Below are positions 12,177-25,361 of a stretch of DNA of 64,000 nucleotides, piece after piece (the first letter of the stretch is position 1; every line of letters begins with the position of its first letter). The position numbers and the translations under genes are program-made. The notes under the pieces are model-generated. The model saw nothing but the letters and a program-made list of their open reading frames with translations. It did no database searches and was not told the origin of the DNA. Source of the DNA: Octopus vulgaris (taxonomy: Eukaryota); NCBI GenBank assembly GCA_951406725.2, contig OX597816.1:11966001-12030000 (forward strand). Direction: 5' to 3'.

Positions 12177-12744
12177 TTAGGTCTCACCAAGGAAATGACT
12201 AGAGACCGAGACCTATGGAAGTATGCTGTGCGTGAGAAGACCCGGCAGGACTAGTGAGACCATAACCCGTGGCCTCTACCTGGGATGTAGCCGGTCCACT
12301 TATGCATACCTTTTCCTTTTTGGGACACAAAACTCTACTTGTGAAGACCTGTTGAGGCAAGTGAGAAATCAAAATCAAAATCGAAATCGATCAACATCAA
12401 TGGAAATTGTAGCTGTGATACCAGTACTGGGGGCACGTAAGAGAACTATCCAAACGTGGCCGTTGCCAGCCTCGCTTGGCCTCCGTGCCGGTGGCACATA
12501 AAAATCACCATCAGATCGTGGCCGTTTGCCAGCCTTGTCTGGCACCTGTGTTGGTGGCACGTAAAAAGCACCCACTACACTCACGGAGTGGTTGGCATTA
12601 GGAAGGGCATCCAGCCGTAGAAACTTTGCCAGATCAGACTAGGCATGGTGCAGCCTCCTGGCTTCCTAGACCCCAGTTGAACCGTTCAACCCATGCTAGT
12701 AAGGAAAGCGGACGCTAAACGATGATGATGATGATGATGATGAT
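12177..12744 (+). mobile_element. RTE LINE 3' fragment including ORF end
   Basis: LGLTKEMTRDRDLWKYAVREKTRQD* followed by the modular 3' UTR and (GAT)n. Confidence 0.85.
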
Positions 12745-13152
12745 GTCCTTACTCCTTCATGTTGTTAAATCTATATGTTCTGTAACCTCCATCAAGACTT
12801 TTAATATGAAAGTTAAATGACAATAAATCATATTATAAGGTTATTAATGATATATTAAATCAAGAATTACATTAACTACAAGACTTATATAAAAAGAAAA
12901 GCTTTTGTGGTGTTATTAATAATTTATAATACTAAAAGTAGCATTACAATGTTTAAATATCAGTGGGATAACTGTCTATAAGGTTGGCCTAAGTTCTGCT
13001 ACATGAGTTGCAGACAATGCAAAGAAAACTGAAAGAATAATGATTGTTAGAAAGCAATTTTGGAACATGATAAAGCATAGTAGATTAAAAGATGAGAATT
13101 TTTATGATAGCATTAAGAATTTTAAATATAATTTCAAAAATATATTTAACAT

Positions 13153-13554
13153 AGGTGTAGGAGTGGCTGCGTGGTAAGTAGCTTGCTTCCCAACCACACG
13201 GTTCTGGGTTCAGTCCCACTGCGTCGCACCTTGGACAAGTGTGTTCTACTATAGCCTCGGGCTGACCAAAACATTGTGAATGGATTTGGTTGACGGAAAC
13301 TGAAAGAAGCCCATCATATATATGTATGTATATGTGTGTGTGTGTGTATGTGTTTGTGTGTCTGTGTTTGTCCCTTCAACATAGCCTGACAACCATTGCT
13401 GGTGTGTTTACATCCCCATAACTTAGCGGTTCAGCAAAAGAGACTGATATAATAAGTACTAGGCTAACAAAGAATAAGTTCTGGGGTCGATTTGCTCGAC
13501 TAAAGGTGGTGCTCCAGTATGGCTACAGTCAAATTACTCAAACAAGTAAAAGAG
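13153..13554 (+). mobile_element. SINE family A, full length
   Basis: Complete head-to-tail copy flanked by taacat on both sides (candidate target-site duplication). Confidence 0.85.
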
Positions 13555-13834
13555 TAACATGGATGTGGAAGCCTTAGGTTTTGCTAGACTAGTTACAAAT
13601 ATTAAGGAAATGTGAATCAAAATAGTCCTTTCTAGAGGGAGCTAGTCGATTACATCGAGACCAGTGCATAACTGGTACTTATTTCATCAACCCTGAAAGG
13701 ATGACCTCTGCAGAATTTGAACTCAGGGCACAAAGATGGATGAAATGCTGCTAAACATTTCTCCCAGCATGCTACCGATTCTGCCAGCTCACTGCCTTAA
13801 ATGTAAATTAAAAACAATAAAGTTTATCAGTAAA

Positions 13835-15000
13835 GGAGCTGTTGATATGGCCAAGATCAGTAATGTTGTATGTTTATATCAAGGAAGAAATACCACAGAT
13901 GGGGGTCTTTACCATGATGATGGTCTATTAATAATTATCATGAAAATCAATCACCAATAACTTGATCTCTTGATGGAAAGGTGATTTCATTTCTTTATAA
14001 ACTAATTTGAAGAATATATCACAGACAGGGATCTCTACCGTAATGATGGCTTGTTAATATCAAGAACATCAACATCCAACACACTACTCAACTGATGAAA
14101 TAGTAATTTCATTCCTTCATTAGCTTATATTGAAGAAGAATATACCACAGACAGAGGCCTCTACCATGATGATGGTCTGTTGATTATCAAAAGCATTAAT
14201 CTGAAACAAACTAATCAATTAATGAAAATTAATTTCATTTCTTCATTAAGAATATACCACAGATCTGGGTCATTACTCTGATGATGGTCTGTAAATTATC
14301 AAAACCTCCAGCTGCCAAAAGATTGATCAATTGATTGAAAAGTAATACATTTCTTCATTAACTGAAAGAAAGAATATATCATAGGCAGGGGTCTTTACTG
14401 CGATAATGGCCTAAAATTATCAGAAACATCACCCTCTAACTAAACAAACAAATGGCGAAAAAGTAATTTATATATTTGTTATATATTTGTAATATACCAG
14501 AGACAGGTTGTTTTTTTTTTACTAAGATGATTGTCTATCTATTATCAAAAACATCAAACTGCCAAAATAAACTGACCAATTGATGAGGAAATAATTTCAT
14601 TTCGGTAAAGTCTATTTGCCAACATAAAGTGGCAGTCCTGCTTAGGGTGATGTTTAGCCCCAGAAAAACATCTTTTCAGTTTGCTACCGACACATCATCT
14701 GTGTCCATATATTGTGAGCAAGGGAGCTTATGCTCCCCCTCTAGCCTTAACGATTCATACAGACTAATGGCTTCTGAGTTATTTCCTTTTCTCAGTGCAG
14801 AATTTCTATGTGGAATATACCAAAGATAGGGGGCTTTTCTGTGATGATGATCTGTTAACTATCAAAACATCAACCTTCGATAAACTAATCAACTGATGAA
14901 ATAGTAATTTCATTTCAATAATAAAAACAGACCAGAAATTATCACCACATACCACCACTGTATTCAATTTCTACAAGGTAATCATCACTTTAAATAATTC
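13835..15000 (+). repeat. Tandem array of seven ~120-bp units derived from a Penelope-like RT YxDD segment
   Basis: Units start near 13887, 14012, 14138, 14250, 14372, 14491 and 14813 (gaatataccacagac.ggg.ct.tac..tgatgatggtct). Unit 1 reads DGGLYHDDGLLII and is preceded by GAVDMAKISNVVCLY. Confidence 0.8.
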
Positions 15001-15039
15001 TATGTTCTTCTATTTTCTTAAATCTATCCGAATACTTAA

Positions 15040-15375
15040 CAACTCTTCCCACCCACATGGTTCTGGGTTCAGTCCCACTGCATGGTACCTTGAACAAGTG
15101 GCTTCTACAATAGCCCTGGGTTGACCCAAGCCTTCTGAGTGGATTTGATGGATGGAAATTGAGAGAAACCTACCATATGTGTGTGTGTCCATTACCACTC
15201 GACAGCTGGTTTTGGTGTGCTTAAGTCTCTATAACTTAGAAGTTAGGCAAAAGAGACTGATAGAATAAGTACCAGTCTTTAAAAAAATAAGTCCTAGGGT
15301 TGATTCATTTAACTAAAAATTATTTAAGGTAGTGCCCCAGCATGGCCACAGTCTAATGAGTGGAACAAGTAAACA
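15040..15375 (+). mobile_element. SINE family A
   Basis: Head (ccacatggttctgggttcagtcccactg) to tail (gccccagcatggccacagtc). Confidence 0.8.
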
Positions 15376-15651
15376 ACAAATGATAACCGGAGCACTTCCT
15401 ATATTAACTCTCTCTGTATCTCTCTTTTACTGTCTATCCTCCTCTCTGTATACGATGTAAGGTATAACTGGTAAAAATCAACTAATCAAACAACCCGTAT
15501 ATATATAACCTATATATGATATAGTGATATCAGCATACCAACAGAAAATAGACCTCTTCCTTTATTGTTGGTACAACATTCCAATAATAGATAATATGCT
15601 GATATTGAGCATTGACTAAAAAATTTTCTTGTTTACATGGTTGATGTGAAA

Positions 15652-16322
15652 TATGGTTGTGTGGTAGAGAAGCTTGCTTGGTAACCACATCGTTTTGGGT
15701 TCATTTCTCCCATGGATCCTTGTGTTAGTGTCTTGTAGCATAGCCCCTGGCTGATCAATGCCTTGTGAGTGAATTTATTAGATAGAAACTGTGTGGAATC
15801 CCATCACATATATGTGTGTGTGTCTTTGTATATGTTGCCACCACCACCCCTTGGCAACTGGGGTTGGTTTGTTTATGTTACTTTGTGCTTTTCACAAAAG
15901 AGACCAAACTTAGACATATAAGTATTGGGTCAATTTCTTTGATTAACCCCTTACCCAACAATTATTTTGAAAATAAATGTATTTTTCAGACATATTTTTT
16001 AATTGTTTTATTTTACTATGTTTTGAATGGTGATTTCGAGGTATATTTCAAACCTTATTTATTATGAATTTTAATTCAATAATATTGATTTTAAATTACC
16101 GCTTTGGACAAAAACGAGTTAACCCGTTTTTAGACGAAGGAACTCGTTTGCTGTCGATTTTGGCGAGTCTATCTTTTGACGAGTTAACTCGCCAGAGATA
16201 GAAAAAAACGATTTCGGTCAAAATGCATATATTCGTTTCTGCCGGGTTAGGGGTTAAAACCTTCAAGTCAGTGCTCCAGCATGATCCTAGTCCAATATCA
16301 GAAACAAATAAAAGATGAAAAA
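15652..16322 (+). mobile_element. Old SINE family A copy split by a TTAA MITE
   Basis: The SINE sequence resumes in register after the insertion (...tttga TTAA aaccttcaag...ccagcatg). Confidence 0.7.
15947..16253. mobile_element. piggyBac-like non-autonomous element (TTAA target duplication)
   Basis: TTAA at 15943-46 and 16254-57; termini ccccttacccaaca and tgccgggttagggg. Confidence 0.8.
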
Positions 16323-16426
16323 TAGAAGATTCTATCATTCTGTAATTGTAAGGTACAGAATAATAATATGGATTGTATTATTTATGGTTTACGCCTTGTG
16401 AATGTTGTACCCTAGAAATACAAAGC

Positions 16427-16660
16427 AAGGCGGCGAGCTGGCAGAACTGTTAGCACGCCAGGCGAAATGCTTAGCGGTATTTCGTCTGTCTTTATGTTCT
16501 GAGTTCAAATTCCACCGAGGTCGACTTTGCCATTCATCCTTTCGGGGTCGATAAATTAAGTACCAGTTATGCACTGGGGTCAATACAATTGACTTAATCC
16601 CTTTGTCTGTTCTTGTTTGTCCCCTATGTGTTTAGCTCCTTGTGGGCAATAAAGAAATAA
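16427..16660 (+). mobile_element. tRNA-derived SINE family F, full length
   Basis: ggcggcgagctggcagaa head, gagttcaaattcc B-box, and gtcgactttgcc.ttcatcctttcggggtcgataaa central block. Further copies near 11520, 13640, 20010, 20200, 20306, 34861 and 35787. Confidence 0.85.
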
Positions 16661-16721
16661 ATGCAAAGCCACACACCTGTGTATGTATGTGTATGCATAT
16701 ATGTATATAAGTTGTGTTGTT

Positions 16722-16917
16722 GTGACCCCCTTTGGTCATGAATGATGGGATTGCACCTAGAAAGTTACCCTCCGAGGCACAAGTCTGGGCAAGGTTGTTT
16801 ATGGAAGACCAGCATTTGCCAATGCATACCATCCTCTCCTCTCCACACCACCAATGTTATTCCAAGGGAAAGGCAAAGACCGATACAGCTTGGCACCTGT
16901 GACATCGCAGTTCATTT
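16722..16917 (-). mobile_element. SINE family E, 3' half
   Basis: Reverse match to 9555-9754. Confidence 0.8.
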
Positions 16918-17258
16918 ATTAATGTACAAGTGGCTGAGCACTCCACAGGCACGTGTACCCCTAACATAGTTCTCAGGGAGATTCAGTGTGACACAGAGTG
17001 TGACAAGGCTGGCCCCTTTGAAATACAGGCACAACAGAAACAGGAAGAAAGAGTGAGAGAAAGTTATGGAGACACAATGGCCCAGTGGTTAGAGCAGTGG
17101 ACTCACGGTCGTAGGATCACAGTTTCGATTCACAGACTGGGCATTGTGAGTGTTTATTGAGCAAAAACACCTAAAGCTCCATGAGGCTCCGGCAGGAGGT
17201 GGTGGCGAACCCTGCTGTACTCTTTCACCACAACTTTCTTTCTTCCTGTTTCTGTTGT
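16918..17258. mobile_element. tRNA-derived SINE (family G) with inverted halves
   Basis: Plus-strand head 17066-17258 (A-box tggcccagtgg, B-box gtttcgattc). Minus-strand segment 16918-17065 begins with the same aactttct..ttcttcctgtttctgttgt that ends the head. Confidence 0.7.
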
Positions 17259-17592
17259 ATATATGAGTGTGTGGATATATATGTATAGATATACATGACT
17301 GTGAGACTGTTGGTATATATGGTCCACAAATCTCTATTAGTCATAGGCCATAAATAACACAATTATGAAGCGGTGGACATTAACAAGTGTGTACTACATA
17401 ATGTTAGTATATATATATATGTGTGTGTGTGTATGTATATGAATGAATGTATGAAAGTATGCATGTATGAACTTATATGTGTGAGTATATGTATTTTTAT
17501 ATATATGCATATATGTATGTATATAGATATGTATACATATATCAGCATATATATACATACACACACACACACATATATATATATATACATAC

Positions 17593-17627
<35 letters not shown>

Positions 17628-17725
17628 TGTAGGAATTTATATATATGCACATATATGTACATACATACAAATATACATATACATATATACATATATACAC
17701 ACATACATACACATACACACACACT

Positions 17726-17761
<36 letters not shown>

Positions 17762-17839
17762 CATACGCACACATACACACACACACATATATATATATGC
17801 ATATGTAAATGCTGTATATAGACTGATTAATCACACAAA

Positions 17840-18523
17840 TACACACATACATACATACATACATACATACATACATACATACATACACACACACATACAT
17901 ACATACATACATACATACACACACACATACATACATACATACATACATAAATACATACATACATACATACATACATACACACACACATACATACATACAT
18001 ACATACATACATACATACATACATACATACATACATACATACATACATACATACATACATACATACATACATACATACATACATACACACACATACATAC
18101 ATACATACATACACACATACATACATACATACATAAATACATATATACATACATACATACATACATACACACATACATACATACATACATACATACATAC
18201 ATACATACATACATACATACATACATACATACATACACACACACATACATACATACATACATACATACACACACATACATACATACATACATACATACAT
18301 ACATACATACATACATACATACATACATACATACATACATACACACACACACATACATACATACATACATACATACATACATACATACATACATAAATAC
18401 ATACATACATACATACATACACACACATACATACATACATACATACATACATACATACATACATACATACATAAATACATATACATACATACATACATAC
18501 ATACATACATACACACACATACA

Positions 18524-18555
<32 letters not shown>

Positions 18556-18721
18556 CATACATACATACATACATACATACATACATACATACATACATAC
18601 ATACACACACACATACATACATACATACATACACACACACATACATACATACATACATACATACACACATACATACACACATACATACATACATACATAC
18701 ATAAATACATACATACATACA

Positions 18722-18755
<34 letters not shown>

Positions 18756-18765
18756 CATACATATA
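17840..18765. repeat. (TACA)n microsatellite, ~0.9 kb
   Basis: Directly visible; source of the 443/396/329-aa HTYI/MYVC ORFs. Confidence 0.97.
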
Positions 18766-19338
18766 TATGTATATATATGTAATGGAAAAATATATATATA
18801 TATACACAGAGATTGTTCACTCACCAATTACCGATGATAAATTTCCCAAACATTAGCGAAGGAAATGCATCCATGTTAATTAACAAAAATAGCTGAAAGG
18901 TATTCTGGATAAATTCTGACAATGATAAACTTAATATTTTTGAAAATGTATTTTATTTCTTCAAAATACTGGAGTCATATTTCCTTCTGTGATGCCCCGC
19001 CCCGCCCCGCCAGACACACAGGGATATAATTTATGGCAAAACAGTCTCACACACACACATATACATAAATGCATGCAAAACATCTATTTGTCACCTTCAG
19101 CAGTGTTCAATTTCAAATGCGTGCACAGAAACACCAAGCGTGTATTGTATTGGTGCAGGCATGGTCATGTGTTAAGAAGCTTGCTTCTCAACCACACAGT
19201 TCTGAGTTCAGTCCCACTGTGTGGCACCTTGAGCAAATGTCTTCTACTATAGCCTTTGATGAACCAAAACTATGTGAATGGATTTGGCAGAAATTGAGAA
19301 CAGCTCATTGTGTGTGTGTGTATATATATATATGTGTA

Positions 19339-19388
<50 letters not shown>

Positions 19389-19389
19389 G

Positions 19390-19740
19390 AGCGGCTAACT
19401 GGCATTCGTGCCGGTGGCATGTAAAAAGCACCATTCAATTGTGATCGTTACCAGCGTCGCCTTACAGGCACTTGTGCCGGTGTGCAGGTGACACTTAAAA
19501 AAACACAATTTTTTTCATGGCCGTTGCCATTACCACCTGACTGGTCCTTGTGCCGGTGGCACGTAAAAGCACCCACTACACTCTCGGAGAGGTTGGCGTT
19601 AGGAAGGGCATCCAGCTGTAGAAACTCTGCCAGATCAAGATTGAAGCCTGGTGCAGCCATCTGGTTCGCCAGTCCTCAGTCAAATCGTCCAACCCAAGCT
19701 AGCATGGAAAGCGGATGTTAAATGATAATGATGATGATGA
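19390..19740 (+). mobile_element. RTE LINE 3' end (family B)
   Basis: gtgccggtggca modules, ggaagggcatccagctgtagaaa, and a (GAT)n tail. Confidence 0.8.
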
Positions 19741-20305
19741 CATATATATACATATATATTTATATACACGGATGTGTATGATTGTGTATCGAAGAATATA
19801 TTACTCAAAGAAATACCAACTTTGATTTTCTTGTTTTGTTTACAATCTTATAATAATATAATAAAAGATAATGTGATATAATGAAATGATAGAATATTAA
19901 ATGTCCATTCTGATTGATCTAGTACTTTCATGCATTAAATTATTCAAAATTCGGGTTTGTGTAATAGTGGTGGCAGTTATGTTTTAGAATTTACAACTAC
20001 ACACACACTTAATACTTAATTTATTGACCCTGAAAGGATGAAAGGCGATTTGAACTCAGAATGTAAAGACAGACGAAATACCACTAAGCATTTTGCCTGG
20101 TGTGCTAACATCTCTACCAGCTTGCCACCTTTAAATATTCCTTTCTACTCTAGGTACATGGCCTGAAATTTTGGGGTAGGGGCTCTGCTGATTAGATTGA
20201 TCCCAGTATGCAACTGGTGCCTAATTTATTAACCCTGAAAGGATGAAAGACAATGTTGACCTCGCGTGGAATTTGAACTCAGAATGTAAAGACAGACGAA
20301 ATGCC

Positions 20306-20539
20306 TATTTCTTTACTACCCACAAGGGGCTAAACAGAGAAGGGACAAACAAGGACAGACAAACGGATTAAGTCGATTGTATCGACCCCAGTGCGTAACT
20401 GGTACTTATTTAATCGACCCCAAAAGGATGAAAAACAAAGTCGACTTGATGCAGAATTTGAACTCAGAACATAATGACAGACAAAATACCGCTAAGCATA
20501 TCGCCCAGCGTGCTAATGTTTCTGCCAGCCGACCGCCTT
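20306..20539 (-). mobile_element. SINE family F, full length (two partial copies immediately to the left)
   Basis: Reverse match to 16427-16660. Confidence 0.85.
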
Positions 20540-21018
20540 ATTTACAGATATATTCTGTAGCAGTGTGGTTCTATACAAAGTAATATTGCAAAGCAAGTGT
20601 TGAGCACTCTAAGTTAATACCTCATTTCATTGCAAGATACTGTCTTACAGTTAACTGACGAATTGGCAGAGAGTGAGAAGGTTTAATTATTGTATGTTTG
20701 ATGCTTCAGTTAATATTCAGATATGAATGCTTGAAGGGAATGGGAAACCTTCCAGATGAAGAGCTTTTGAGTTGGGGAAAGATTCTGGAGAAGCCATGAA
20801 GAGAAATAAACATTGGACGATCAAAATTATGTATCAGAGGTGCAGATTGTGTGGTTGTGTGGTTGGCAAGTCTGATTTGAAACCTCATGGTTTTGGTTCA
20901 ATCTCAGGTATAATACGTAATGCATTGGTCGAGTGCTATCTGGTTATAGGACTGATTGACCAATGCACTTTTCTGAGTGGATTTAGTAGATAGAAACTGT
21001 GCACACATATCACCATAA

Positions 21019-21121
<103 letters not shown>

Positions 21122-22147
21122 TCTACTACTTCTACTACTACTACACCCACCACCACCACCATCGCCACCACCACCACCAACAACAACAATAACAACAACA
21201 ACACCACTACGCGTTCTACAACCACTACCACTACATCATCATCAACAGCAAGATTTAGCATCAGTCTTTCGTGTTAGAATTAGTTGGATGGTTTGACAGG
21301 AACTGACTAATCTGAGGGCTGTGTTAATCTTCAGTGCCCAGTTTGGTCTGATTATGTGACTGGATGTCCTTTCAAGTGTCAGTCACTTTACAGAGTGTAC
21401 TGGGTGCTTTTATCATAGCACCAGCACTAGTAAAGTCACCAAGCATCTTGCAAAACAAAACCCTCTTCATGGAGTTGGGTGTAGTATTGAGAAAGGTGGC
21501 TTATAGCAAGTGTAGAGAGTCCAAAAGAGGGACAGGAACAGGTATCTTACTATAGAGAAGATACATGGGTATCCCAGCAAAAAAGATAGGATGGCAGAGG
21601 TGAGATATCAGGGTATACAGTTTTAAGACAAAAACTTAGAGCTTGTTTATAAGACATTTAGTTGCATCATCTTACACACATCTCATTAATATAAAATTAT
21701 TTTTGATTACGTAGTGCAATACATACTCAAGAAGCATTGTCAATAAATCATCAGAGATGTGTAACTATTACACATAGTATTTGACAATAAGTCTTGTTTG
21801 TATAATTTGCAAGACTTATGTAAATGAAGGTGAAACTAAATATCTTATAAACGGTCTCATGTTTTTTGTTTTATATGCACACTCACACACACATTAAATT
21901 ACAAAGACAAAGAAGGAATTAAGTACATCCACCTCAGTAGAATTCCAGCCTTCCTTTGTTCATGAGCATAGATAGCTATGAGGTTAGGCTGAGTGCTGCA
22001 GGGATCTAATATATATGTTTACATACATGTGTGTGTGTGCGTGTGTGCGTGTTTCATCATATCATCATCATCATCATCTTCATCGTTTAATGTCTGTTTT
22101 CCATGGTAGCATGGGTTGGACGGATATATATATATATAAATATATAG

Positions 22148-22283
22148 TTTATAATTAGGGTTTAGCAAAGATTTGCTTTACCACAGACTGAAGTTTAGAA
22201 ATAGCAGCCAAAAATCCTTAGCTATTTCCTTTCTAAACTTCGGTACGTGGTAAAGCAAATCTTTGCTGAACCCTAATTATAAA
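22148..22283. repeat. Long inverted repeat (~54-bp arms) in a TA-flanked short element
   Basis: tttataattagggtttagcaaagatttgctttaccac...gtggtaaagcaaatctttgctgaaccctaattataaa. Confidence 0.9.
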
Positions 22284-22404
22284 GTATTACCTAAGTTTAC
22301 CGTGAAATGGTCCTTTTTCATGCCGAATTCTACATGGTGAAATTATTGATTACTTCTTAATTAATTAATTTTACCCTTTGTTATTATATAAATATATATA
22401 TGGA

Positions 22405-22660
<256 letters not shown>

Positions 22661-23469
22661 AAGACTGAGATACACAGACAGATATACAGATACATGTTAT
22701 ACACAGACACATACACATAATTATATAGCATACATGTATGCATACATACATTATATTACATACATACACACACACACATTCACATATATACTTACATACA
22801 CACACACTCACATACATACATACACACATACATACATACATACATATATACATACATACATGCATACATACATACAAAAGGATCAGACGAAGCAAAAGCA
22901 GGAATCAGCCTGCTGTATGCAAATACGAAAGGGAAGTGCTCTCTCGATGAAGGAAATAACTTGTCAAAGAGAGAAGTGAGTTAAAAAGCTCTATACATCA
23001 TCTCCATCAAACACCTATCATCCGCTTCAGTTTTCCCCCCCCTCCTTCTACTCAATAATTTAGCTTGTCACAGGTAATTTATATTAATTTTATATCATTT
23101 AATAAAGGCAACAATGGTTACTTTGCAGCAAAACTTTCCATAATTTCGCCAGACAGATTGTTATTTGGTAGACGGCAACAAGAGAGAGAACACAGTTTGA
23201 ATATATTGATTGGATGGTCACTGGTTGAGGTTTTCTCAATGTATAGGGGCAGGTGTAGTGGTGTGGAAGGCAGTTTGCTACTCAGTCACATGGTTCCAGG
23301 TTCAGTCCGACTGCATGGCTCTCTTGGGTGAGTGTCTTCTACTATAGCCTCAGACCAACCAAAACCTTATGAATGGATTTGGTAGGTGGAAACTAAAAGA
23401 AGCCCATCATATATATACATAAACCATAAACTTATTTATATATATGTGTGTGTTTGACCATTTCAATAT

Positions 23470-23678
23470 ATGACCGCATGTGTATCGTTGGCGATTTTCT
23501 TTCTCCGTCTTCCCTTCCTTGGACCTTTCCTTTTTCTATGTTTCTGATGAAAAGCACCGCTCAAAACGTTAAATCCTCCTCCTTTCTTTCCTTTCCTGAG
23601 CATCCAATAACACTATACTTGTTCCACGTTCTCGCGTTGTTGTGTTTTCTCTTTGTGTTTTCATGTTTGGATTAACTA
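23470..23678 (+). mobile_element. Family C short repeat (probable PLE-derived terminus) with decayed hammerhead
   Basis: Homologous to 26213-26410 and 62259-62460; contains gtttCTGATGAaaagcaccgctcAAAAcgttaaat and ends ggattaac(TA)n. Confidence 0.7.
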
Positions 23679-24054
23679 TATATATATATATGTATGTAAT
23701 AATATAAATAATTTATATATATGTGCATATATACATATATGTACATACCTACATATATATGTATATATACATGCATATATGGGTACAGGACATAAAAAAA
23801 ACGTTGAACACAATGAGAAACGAAAATATTAAAAGCAAAAACATGGAAATGAACTTTTTTTCAAACAATGAAAAAACATAGTACAAGACATACAACACAA
23901 GGAATATTCCCCTTCTTCAGTTGTCCCTGTTTTGTCTACTCCACGTTTTGAAGGTAAGGACAAGACGCGACTTCATTGAAACAGTCCTTCTTGCAAAGCA
24001 AATTAAATAAAATTTAGGATTTTACCACTTTTACCCCTCCGCAAAAAATCAGAG

Positions 24055-24550
24055 ACCATTGTATGGTCTGCCTCTTCACATTCACAAATGGTTGATCCAG
24101 TCTTGTAGCTCCCATCCAACCAAAACAACTTTTGATCATCTCATTCTTGTTCTCAGGCAGCTGAGTGTCTTCGCCTGAATCCATAATGCTTCTGAGACAG
24201 GAAGGAGGTCTTCAGCATGGGAAATTCCTATGACAGTGGATTAAGGGTCATTCCTAACGTTTTCCATCCAGATCTGGAGCTTGGTTTCTTTGCAAGACAT
24301 TATTAAGGGCTGGACATTACCCAGAATACTTCTTCTTGATTGGTTAGGGGTTGACATCCAAGGAAGAGATAGCATTCATCACTAATAGTGTTTGTCTTGT
24401 TAACTTGACTGTCCACTTCCCATATGATATTAGCAGGGACAACGCCTGCGGGGAGATGCTGGTTGTTTGTGTGGGTGGGTTTTGTGTGGCCAGATGTTGT
24501 TCAGTGCTAGATCAAGTTTCCTTGCAAAGGTTGATATCTCCCAGACAGGA
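24055..24550 (-). pseudogene. Decayed Ingi/Vingi-like LINE C-terminal fragment
   Basis: Minus strand gives PVWEISTFARKLDLALNN / GHTKPT..LPAGVVP..I / ..SRRS / ..GSTICECEEADHTM, which resembles the post-RT and zinc-knuckle region of Vingi elements. Confidence 0.55.
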
Positions 24551-25361
24551 TATATATTCTCTGTGGAGGAATAAAACAAAGTCAGAGCAGTAAAATTTAA
24601 AGCTTTGGTTATCATATCTCTAATGAAACACTCTGACTTGGTTTCAATTTCCATATTCTGAATAAATAAAGATAAGCAAATTAACCAAGAAAACAATGAA
24701 GGTTGATTAACAGTGGGAGGCAATAACAAGCTAAACACTTTTTACTCAAGAATTGCATAAATTAATTTTTTCTGTTTTCAATTAATTTTAGAAATAATAA
24801 AAAATTTTGTGAACTAATTTTGTTGTTATTAAGCTGATTTGGGGGACAAAAATTAGCATGAAATTATGATGTAAGGGTTTAGTTTCCATCAATTTCAAAC
24901 AGGAAGTTTGTAACATAAAACTAGAGCAGTCTTGGATGGGTTGGTGTCAAAACGGTTAATGTGTGTGCTGCATCTCCTCATACACAGTTGACTGGTTTCT
25001 GTAACATGTTTCAGGAACCAATGTTCACTTTGGTGTTGTTTGGGAATGAATTTGAACACGTTTCTTTTTCTATGGGTTGACTAAAGCCTTGTAAATTAAA
25101 TTGGATAGATGTGAGTAAAACTTCACAGAAGTCAGACCAATGGATTAGTCCAGATAAATCCAAATTTCTTCTCACCTTCTCTGACCATTAGTCAGGGGAG
25201 TTTTGCAAAGAATATAGGTAAGGACTACCCCAGCACCTTTAATTAACCTTATAGAAAGGAAATTATCATACTATATATATTATTATTATCTGTAAAAATG
25301 CACAAATATGTCAAGACCACTTTTTCCATTTTAAGTGTGTGAGTACAGATACATATACATA

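Noticed and set aside
13887-14920. CRISPR-like repeat/spacer appearance
   Set aside because: Whole ~120-bp units are homologous, there are no unique spacers or cas genes, and the context is animal DNA.
17373-18827. Longest ORFs (443, 396, 329, 326 aa)
   Set aside because: Translations of (TACA)n/(TG)n, open on both strands with no protein-like complexity.
20720-20800. Possible exon YECLKGMGNLPDEELLSWGKILEKP
   Set aside because: Weak acceptor, in-frame stop before any donor, and no recognisable family.
23905-23960. Permuted hammerhead-like boxes on the minus strand (caaaac...ctgaaga)
   Set aside because: Stem I cannot be formed and the GAAA box is not intact.
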